Shown: piece by piece, positions 57,502 to 64,000 of the stretch
Numbering within the stretch: the first letter of the stretch is position 1
Layout of the letters: the number at the start of each line of letters is the position of its first letter
Program-made: the position numbers and the translations under genes
Virus record (IMG/VR): IMGVR_UViG_3300004806_000016
DNA length: 64,000 nucleotides
Strand: one strand, 5' to 3'
From: a virus
Notes under the pieces: model-generated
Told to the model about the DNA's origin: nothing
The model's input: the letters and a program-made list of their open reading frames with translations, nothing else
The model's database searches: none

Positions 57502-58113
57502 ATGATTACTAAAGAACAACTTCAAAAATTCTTTGAAGATACAGACGAAGAAATTATTGATTCTTTCGTTGATCCTCTTAACAAAACATTCGAACATTTT
57601 GAAATTAATACTCCAGAACGTATCTCTATGTTCTTGGCGCAGGTTGGTGTTGAATCAGCTGGCCTGACTGCAACAAAAGAAAACTTAAACTACAAACCAG
57701 CAACCCTAGCTAAACTCTGGCCATCGCATTTCCGTGACGTTGATGTAAATGATTACGCCCACAATCCAGAAAAGATTGCTAATCGTGTATATGCTGATAG
57801 AATGGGGAATGGTGATGAAGATTCAGGAGATGGCTACAAGTACCGTGGTCGTGGTCTTATTCAGCTTACTGGCCATGATAACTACAAGCATTTTGCTGAC
57901 AGCATGGGGATGGGTATTGATGAAGCTGTTTCTTACCTAGAAGGCCCAGAAGGTGCTGCGATGTCAGCTGGCTGGTTCTGGGATAATCATAAATTAAATC
58001 ATCTCGCCGATGTTGATAATGTTAAAGACGTAACCCACAAGATCAATGGTGGGTACAATGGTCTTGAAGAGCGTGAGTCTCTATACAAAGAAGCAAGAGA
58101 GATATTCGCATAA
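57502..58113 (+). CDS. GH19 family endolysin
   Basis: FLAQVGVES, ENLNY, YRGRGLIQLTG..NY, INGGYNGL. Confidence 0.92.
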   Translation: MITKEQLQKFFEDTDEEIIDSFVDPLNKTFEHFEINTPERISMFLAQVGVESAGLTATKENLNYKPATLAKLWPSHFRDVDVNDYAHNPEKIANRVYADRMGNGDEDSGDGYKYRGRGLIQLTGHDNYKHFADSMGMGIDEAVSYLEGPEGAAMSAGWFWDNHKLNHLADVDNVKDVTHKINGGYNGLEERESLYKEAREIFA

Positions 58114-58121
58114 TATTTTAC

Positions 58122-58171
58122 TTTACTTTTTATTCGCCACGAGGTATAATGGAATATATTATCTCGTGGCG
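58122..58171 (+). promoter_or_regulatory. Sigma70 promoter inside an inverted repeat upstream of gp43
   Basis: TTTACT-N17-TATAAT; CGCCACGAG...CTCGTGGCG. Confidence 0.6.
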
Positions 58172-58192
58172 TATTCATGTTTTGGAGTGTAT

Positions 58193-60679
58193 ATGAAATT
58201 CTATACTGATGTTTTTACTAGAGGCAATAAAGTTTATCTTCGTGGCTACGAGAATGGCAAGGCTGTAAAGAAGGTTGAGGAATATTCACCATATCTTTTT
58301 TTAAAAGCAGATAGAGGAACACATAAGACCCTAGATGGTTCGCCTGTAAAGAAGATTAACTTTCATAACATAAGCGAAGCTCGCGAATTCTATAAACAAT
58401 ATGAAGAGATAGATAACGCCGATGTCTATGGTTATAATAACTGGGCGTACATGTATATCTATGATAACTATAAGGGCGATATCGATTATGATCCTAATCT
58501 AGTCAAGGTCGTCACGATAGATATTGAGTGTAAGTCTGATAATGGTTTTCCCGATATTGAACTGGCTGATCAGCCATTGACTGCTATCACAATCCGCAAG
58601 AAGGGTTATAATCTAGTATTCGGCCTAGAGTATTACAAGAACGAAGATCCTTATACAAAATACTTCATGTGTAAGGATGAAGTCGATATGATCAATAAGT
58701 TTCTATTGGTCTGGGGTTCCGATGAATGGTGTCCTGATATTGTTACAGGCTGGAACATTGAGTTCTTTGATATTCCCTATCTCGTCAATCGTATACGCAC
58801 TCTTGGTTTTGATATTAAACGTATGTCCCCATGGGGTATGGTTGACGAGAAGGTGATAGAATTCCGTAACAAAGAGAACAAGAGCTATTCACTGGCTGGT
58901 ATTGCCGTCATGGATTATTATCAGCTGTATCGCAAGTTCTCGTTCGGTAACCAAGAATCATATAAGCTGGATTACATCGCACAGGTCGAGCTTGGTGAGA
59001 AGAAGGTTGACTACCGCGATCAGGGATACAAAGACCTGACGGACCTCTACAATAAGAACCACCAGCTATTCATTGACTATAATATCAAGGATACCGTCCT
59101 AGTCGAAAAGCTAGATGATAAGATGAAGTTTATCGAGCAGGTCATGGCCATGGCTTATGATGCTAAAATTAACTTCTCGGATACTATGACGACAGTCCGC
59201 ATGTGGGATACTATCATTCATAACTATCTTATGGATCAGAATATTGTAATCCCACCATTCAAGAGGCAGAAAGATTACAACTCTCTTGTCGGTGGGTTCG
59301 TCAAAGAACCAAAGATTGGTCTTAGTAACTGGATAGTATCGTTTGACTTGAATAGTCTGTATCCGCATCTAATCATGCAGTATAATATCAGTCCTGAGAC
59401 TTTTGTTGCCAAGATTGATAATTTTCCATCTATTGATGCTCTCCTAAAGAGCAATTCAAGTTTCGGTGAATATGGTGATGATGTAGCTTATGCAGCGAAT
59501 GGATGCACTTATCGCAGGGACAAGCAAGGGTTCTTGCCTGCACTAATGGAGAAGATGTATAATGATCGTGTGGTTTACAAGAAAAAGATGCTCGAAGCCA
59601 AAAAGCAATACGAAGCGTCAAAGAACCCAGACGACGAAAAACTTATCGCTCGTTACCACAATATGCAGCTTGCGAAAAAGATCCAGCTCAACTCCGCTTA
59701 TGGTGCATTGGGGAACCAATACTTCCGATGGTTTAACTTTAACCATGCTGAGGCAATCACCACGTCAGGCCAACTCTCGATTCGTTGGATCGAAGGAAAG
59801 GTCAATAACTTTCTCAATCGACTACTCAAAACATCCGATCATCGGGATTATGTGATCGCAGCTGATACCGATTCGATCTATGTTACTCTTGATGAGTTGG
59901 TAGAAAAAGTATGTAAAGATAAGACTGATCAGGAAATCGTATCAATCCTTGATCAGTTTATTGAGGCAAAGATCCAACCTTATCTTGATAAATGTTATCA
60001 GGAACTGGCCGATATGATGAATGCATATCAGCAAAAGATGCAGATGAAGCGGGAGACCATCGCGAATAAGGGTATCTGGCGTGGTAAGAAGATGTATATC
60101 CTCAATGCCTGGAACGTTGAGGGCGTACAGTATGATAAGCCAAAGCTGAAGATCCAGGGTATTGAAGCTGTTCGTTCGTCAACTCCTCATGCCTGTCGTG
60201 AAAATATTAAGAAGGCTCTTGATATCATCATGAATAGCAACAGGGAAAATCTTAAGAAGTTCGTCGAAGAATTCCGGAAAGAGTTTCTTGAGTTGCCGTT
60301 TGAAGATGTGGCTTTCCCGAGAGGTGTTAAGAACATGGATAAGTATAAGGATTCGGCCAGAATCTATAAATCGGCCACTCCTATTCATGTCAAGGGCGCA
60401 TTGCTGTTTAATGATCTAATCAAGAAGCATAAATTAAAACATATCATGCCAATTACCGATGGGGATAAGATTCGGTTTGCTTATCTTAAGGTTCCCAATC
60501 CTATTCATGATACTGTTATTGCTGTTCCTGAAGAACTCCCAGAGGAATTTAATCTAGATAAGTATGTCGACAGGCAACTGCAATTCGAAAAGAGTTTCCT
60601 TGATCCTTTGAAGTCTATAACTGAAGTCATAGGATGGGAGATTGAAGAGAAAGCAACTCTAGATGACTTCTTCAATTAA
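58193..60679 (+). CDS. gp43: Family B DNA polymerase gp43
   Basis: DIE exonuclease motif, SFDLNSLYP, KIQLNSAYG, DTDS; SD GGAG before ATG 58193. Confidence 0.97.
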   Translation: MKFYTDVFTRGNKVYLRGYENGKAVKKVEEYSPYLFLKADRGTHKTLDGSPVKKINFHNISEAREFYKQYEEIDNADVYGYNNWAYMYIYDNYKGDIDYDPNLVKVVTIDIECKSDNGFPDIELADQPLTAITIRKKGYNLVFGLEYYKNEDPYTKYFMCKDEVDMINKFLLVWGSDEWCPDIVTGWNIEFFDIPYLVNRIRTLGFDIKRMSPWGMVDEKVIEFRNKENKSYSLAGIAVMDYYQLYRKFSFGNQESYKLDYIAQVELGEKKVDYRDQGYKDLTDLYNKNHQLFIDYNIKDTVLVEKLDDKMKFIEQVMAMAYDAKINFSDTMTTVRMWDTIIHNYLMDQNIVIPPFKRQKDYNSLVGGFVKEPKIGLSNWIVSFDLNSLYPHLIMQYNISPETFVAKIDNFPSIDALLKSNSSFGEYGDDVAYAANGCTYRRDKQGFLPALMEKMYNDRVVYKKKMLEAKKQYEASKNPDDEKLIARYHNMQLAKKIQLNSAYGALGNQYFRWFNFNHAEAITTSGQLSIRWIEGKVNNFLNRLLKTSDHRDYVIAADTDSIYVTLDELVEKVCKDKTDQEIVSILDQFIEAKIQPYLDKCYQELADMMNAYQQKMQMKRETIANKGIWRGKKMYILNAWNVEGVQYDKPKLKIQGIEAVRSSTPHACRENIKKALDIIMNSNRENLKKFVEEFRKEFLELPFEDVAFPRGVKNMDKYKDSARIYKSATPIHVKGALLFNDLIKKHKLKHIMPITDGDKIRFAYLKVPNPIHDTVIAVPEELPEEFNLDKYVDRQLQFEKSFLDPLKSITEVIGWEIEEKATLDDFFN

Positions 60680-60740
60680 ATGTTTATGCGGTTTAAATAT
60701 CAGATGCACTCCAATTTGTCCAAACTATGAGGAAAATAAG

Positions 60741-61031
60741 ATGAAAGTAGATGTAAATACGTCAGACGATTTCGGCTTCAGTCTAGTATCCGAACAAGAG
60801 CTTCGTAAACATGAGGAGCTCCTTAAGAAAAAGGTTGAAGAACAATCTAAGGTCGTTGTTAAGACACAACAGGATCTAACGGATAAACTCCATGGCCTAC
60901 GCGATATGATCATGCCACTGTTGGTTAACCTTTCGCGAGACGCAGAAAAAGATTATATCCTCTGGCCGGATCGTGCCGAAAAGATGAAAGCATTCATTCA
61001 GAAAGTAAATGATTACGTAGACAGCGAATGA
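60741..61031 (+). CDS. Hypothetical protein
   Basis: SD GAGGA. Confidence 0.6.
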   Translation: MKVDVNTSDDFGFSLVSEQELRKHEELLKKKVEEQSKVVVKTQQDLTDKLHGLRDMIMPLLVNLSRDAEKDYILWPDRAEKMKAFIQKVNDYVDSE

Positions 61032-61975
61032 TAAATTTCTTAGCACTTCTGGTTGCGCTAGTAGTATCAGGCGTATCAGCTTATTTCAGTATCATAGGAC
61101 TTACAACATTATTTGCTGCTGCGTTTATACCAGTAGTAGTAATGGGCGGAGCTCTGGAAGTAGGTAAGCTGGTTACAGTCTCATGGCTACATCGCAACTG
61201 GCATACCTGCCCATGGTTATTGAAGTCGTATCTGTCAGTAGCCGTGGTGGTTCTTATGTTTATCACGAGCATGGGCACATTTGGGTTTCTATCAAGAGCA
61301 CATATAGAACAACAGCTTAACATAACAACAGGCGATGCCGATAAGCTGGCAATCATTGAGTCCCAGATTCAAAATAAAAATAGTATTATAGCAGATTATG
61401 ATAAACAACTTCAACAGATAGACGATGCGTTGTCTAAGATTACGGAGAAGGGTCGTGGTGAATCGTCATTACAGGCAGCCGACAAGCAGAGGAAGACGAG
61501 GAATGAGCTTGTGGCGAAGAAGAACGCTGAACTCGGATCGGTCTCTAAACTTAAAGAAGAAGTCGTTGGGCTTCGTTCAACCATTAGAAAAACTGAAGCA
61601 GAAGTCGGCCCTCTCAAATACATTGCCGAAGCGATCTATGGCGGGCAGGATACCTCTGTCGTGGATCTTGATCGAGCAGTTAGGATGGTTATTATTCTTC
61701 TGGTTGTTGTATTCGACCCTCTTGCCGTTGTTTTACTTATTGCAGCTAACCATGGAATGAGTAAAACAAATAACTTGACTAATATAAACAATACAAGTAT
61801 ACTTACAATAGATGAAAATATATTCGGAGAAACACATGTCATTAAAAGATCGCCTGATAAAGAACTCAACAATCGACTTCACCTCTACCCTAGAGGACAG
61901 CAAGATTTACACAAAGAAGGATATGATTCCGACGACAGTCCCTATGATCAACGTAGCACTGAGCGGATCAATTGA
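61028..61975 (+). CDS. Multi-pass membrane protein with coiled coil
   Basis: Three N-terminal TM segments, coiled coil, C-terminal TM (VFDPLAV). Confidence 0.7.
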   Translation: MINFLALLVALVVSGVSAYFSIIGLTTLFAAAFIPVVVMGGALEVGKLVTVSWLHRNWHTCPWLLKSYLSVAVVVLMFITSMGTFGFLSRAHIEQQLNITTGDADKLAIIESQIQNKNSIIADYDKQLQQIDDALSKITEKGRGESSLQAADKQRKTRNELVAKKNAELGSVSKLKEEVVGLRSTIRKTEAEVGPLKYIAEAIYGGQDTSVVDLDRAVRMVIILLVVVFDPLAVVLLIAANHGMSKTNNLTNINNTSILTIDENIFGETHVIKRSPDKELNNRLHLYPRGQQDLHKEGYDSDDSPYDQRSTERIN

Positions 61976-62873
61976 TGGCGGTATTACTCCAGGACTGACC
62001 ATGCTTGCTGGGCCGAGTAAGCATTTTAAGACAGGGTTTGCTCTTCTGCTTGCTTCGGCTTATATTAAGAAGTATGAAGATGCTGTAATCTTGTTTTATG
62101 ATTCGGAGTTTGGTACTCCTCAATCTTATTTTGATACCTTCAAGATTCCGCTTGGTTCGGTAGTCCATACGCCGATCACTGATATCGAAGAGCTGAAGTT
62201 TGACATCATGGCTCAGATGAAAGAGATCAAGCGTGAAGATAAAGTGTTTATTGTTATTGACTCTATCGGCAATCTGGCTTCAAAGAAAGAAGTTGAAGAT
62301 GCGCTTGATCAGAAATCAGTCGCGGATATGTCTCGTGCGAAACAGTTGAAGTCGCTGTTCCGCATGATCACTCCTCATCTGACTCTCAAAGATATTCCTT
62401 TGGTAGTGATCAATCATACTTACAAAGAGATTGGTTTATACCCGAAGGATATTGTCGGTGGTGGTACTGGTTCATATTATGGCTCTGACAATATCTGGAT
62501 TCTTGGTCGCCAGCAAGATAAGGATGGTGGTGAGATCGCTGGTTATCATTTTGTTATCAATGTAGAAAAGAGTCGTTATGTTAAAGAAAAATCAAAGATT
62601 CCTATTACTGTCTCCTTTGAAGGCGGGATTAATCGTTGGTCTGGGTTATTTGATGTTGCTATTGATGGTGGTTATATTACAAAGCCCAAGGTAGGCTGGT
62701 ATAAGATTGTTCATCTTGGCGAAGACTCTAAGCTCTATCGCGCTGGTGAGATCGTAAATAATAAAGATGTCTGGTATGATATTTTCCAGAATACAGACTT
62801 CTCGACCTTCATTGAGAATAAGTATAAGATGGCGATGGGCGCTATTCTCGAAGAGGAAACAGATGACGAATGA
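61836..62873 (+). CDS. uvsX: RecA-like recombinase UvsX
   Basis: AGPSKHFKT, YDSEFG, IDSIGN; TTGACT-N17-TATACT at 61775-61803. Confidence 0.95.
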   Translation: MSLKDRLIKNSTIDFTSTLEDSKIYTKKDMIPTTVPMINVALSGSIDGGITPGLTMLAGPSKHFKTGFALLLASAYIKKYEDAVILFYDSEFGTPQSYFDTFKIPLGSVVHTPITDIEELKFDIMAQMKEIKREDKVFIVIDSIGNLASKKEVEDALDQKSVADMSRAKQLKSLFRMITPHLTLKDIPLVVINHTYKEIGLYPKDIVGGGTGSYYGSDNIWILGRQQDKDGGEIAGYHFVINVEKSRYVKEKSKIPITVSFEGGINRWSGLFDVAIDGGYITKPKVGWYKIVHLGEDSKLYRAGEIVNNKDVWYDIFQNTDFSTFIENKYKMAMGAILEEETDDE

Positions 62874-63075
62874 TTTGTTTGTTACTAAACTATCAGAATT
62901 GATAGAAGGACTTTCTAATTCAGAGCCACACTTTTATACAGTGGCTCTGTTAAAAGAATGTAGAGAGAGAATTGATACCGTGAAAGATTTAGAAGTTGAA
63001 CTGGCATATTATAGATCACTGTGCGAGGGCTACGAACTCGTATTAAGAGGATTAGGAAAAGGAATTATCGAATGA
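62863..63075 (+). CDS. Hypothetical protein
   Basis: SD GAGGA; overlaps the uvsX stop. Confidence 0.5.
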   Translation: MTNDLFVTKLSELIEGLSNSEPHFYTVALLKECRERIDTVKDLEVELAYYRSLCEGYELVLRGLGKGIIE

Positions 63076-63155
63076 ACAAATCAGATGTAATATATGGTTT
63101 ATTGTTAGCATTAGCCATGGTTCTAGCTTTGGTGTTTATTAAAGATGTATTCTAA
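63072..63155 (+). CDS. 27-aa hydrophobic peptide
   Basis: ATGA coupling, SD AAGGA, single TM segment. Confidence 0.4.
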   Translation: MNKSDVIYGLLLALAMVLALVFIKDVF

Positions 63156-63200
63156 ACAACCAAGCTCTTGTAAATATGATTATCCGATTGAGGAGAGTGA

Positions 63201-64000
63201 ATGTCTATTGAAAAGATTATTTTTGCAAATCTTATTAAGAATGAAGAATATACTCGCAAAGTTATACCGTTCCTGAAGCCTGACTATTTCTCAGACTTTA
63301 AAGATCGTACATTATTTCAATTAATTGATAGTTATGTTGGTGAATATAACACTCTTCCTTCTACTGAAGAGTTGCTTGTAAATTTGACAAATAAGGATGG
63401 GTTGAGTGATGAAGCATTTAAGAGTATCGGCAACACGATTACTAATCTCGGTGAAGCCGAAGGGGCGAAGATCGAATGGCTCGTCGACCAGACTGAAAAG
63501 TTCTGCCAAGAAAAAGCAGTATACAATGCCATCATGTCCTCCATTCAAATTATCGACGATAAAACAGGCAAGACCGCGAAAGGGTCAATACCGCAGATTC
63601 TCTCAGATGCCTTGGCAGTATCGTTCGACACTCACATTGGTCATGACTTTATCGAAGATTCTGAATCAAGGTTTGAATTTTACCATAAAAAAGAAGTACG
63701 TATACCCTTTAGCCTTGATTACTTTAATAAGATCACCAAAGGCGGACTCCCAAGAAAAACTCTGAACATCGCACTGGCTGGCACTGGTGTGGGTAAATCA
63801 CTATTCATGTGTCATTGTGCAGCGGCAAATATGGTTCAGGGTCAGAATGTATTATACATAACTATGGAGATGGCTGAAGAGCGAATTGCGGAACGCATTG
63901 ACGCTAACCTGCTTGATACGCCACTAGACGAGCTTGAGCTTATTCCTAAAGATTCTTATGATAAGAAGTTTCAAAAGATCAAGAGCAAGATCAAGGGTAA
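63201..64000 (+). CDS. gp41: Replicative helicase gp41 (truncated by the window end)
   Basis: MSIEKIIFANL..NEEY.RKV.PFL, ALAGTGVGKSLFMCH, ITMEMAEE. Confidence 0.95.
   Translation, partial: MSIEKIIFANLIKNEEYTRKVIPFLKPDYFSDFKDRTLFQLIDSYVGEYNTLPSTEELLVNLTNKDGLSDEAFKSIGNTITNLGEAEGAKIEWLVDQTEKFCQEKAVYNAIMSSIQIIDDKTGKTAKGSIPQILSDALAVSFDTHIGHDFIEDSESRFEFYHKKEVRIPFSLDYFNKITKGGLPRKTLNIALAGTGVGKSLFMCHCAAANMVQGQNVLYITMEMAEERIAERIDANLLDTPLDELELIPKDSYDKKFQKIKSKIKG

Noticed and set aside
58046-58192. 49-aa N-terminal extension of gp43 in the ORF track
   Set aside because: It overlaps the lysin gene and a promoter; the SD supports ATG 58193.
61836-61975. 140-nt overlap of the membrane protein with uvsX as a functional overprint
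   Set aside because: The tail runs through a promoter and looks like a simple stop-codon loss.

Overview
A 64 kb segment of a T4-like myovirus genome, almost all on the + strand. In order it holds: (1) accessory tail-fibre and structural genes, including Gly-rich paralogs and three collagen fibres with S74 or Hint auto-processing domains flanked by 2OG-Fe(II) oxygenases (1-17.5 kb); (2) the neck-terminase-tail-head core gp13-gp23, then gp3, uvsY, uvsW, gp55, gp47 and gp46; (3) a DNA-modification cluster of a TET/JBP dioxygenase plus three GT-A glycosyltransferases; (4) gp45, gp44, gp62 and regA; (5) an RNA island with 25 tRNAs covering all 20 amino acids, several unexplained structured RNAs and an ArfA-like ORF missing from the ORF track; (6) host-like genes, spanins and a GH19 lysin; (7) gp43, uvsX and the start of gp41. 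An alphaproteobacterial host, probably Hyphomicrobiales/Rhizobiales, is inferred from tRNA-His lacking G-1 (G1:U72, A73), an Omp25/RopB-like barrel, DUF1127 and a ROSE-like hairpin. The best candidate for an undescribed system is the RNA island: a preQ1-I-like aptamer between tRNA-Asn and tRNA-Tyr, anticodon-less tRNA-like RNAs and a stop-codon-containing ArfA. A catalytically dead peptide deformylase lies about 10 kb upstream. All family calls and RNA folds were made by eye; no searches were run.
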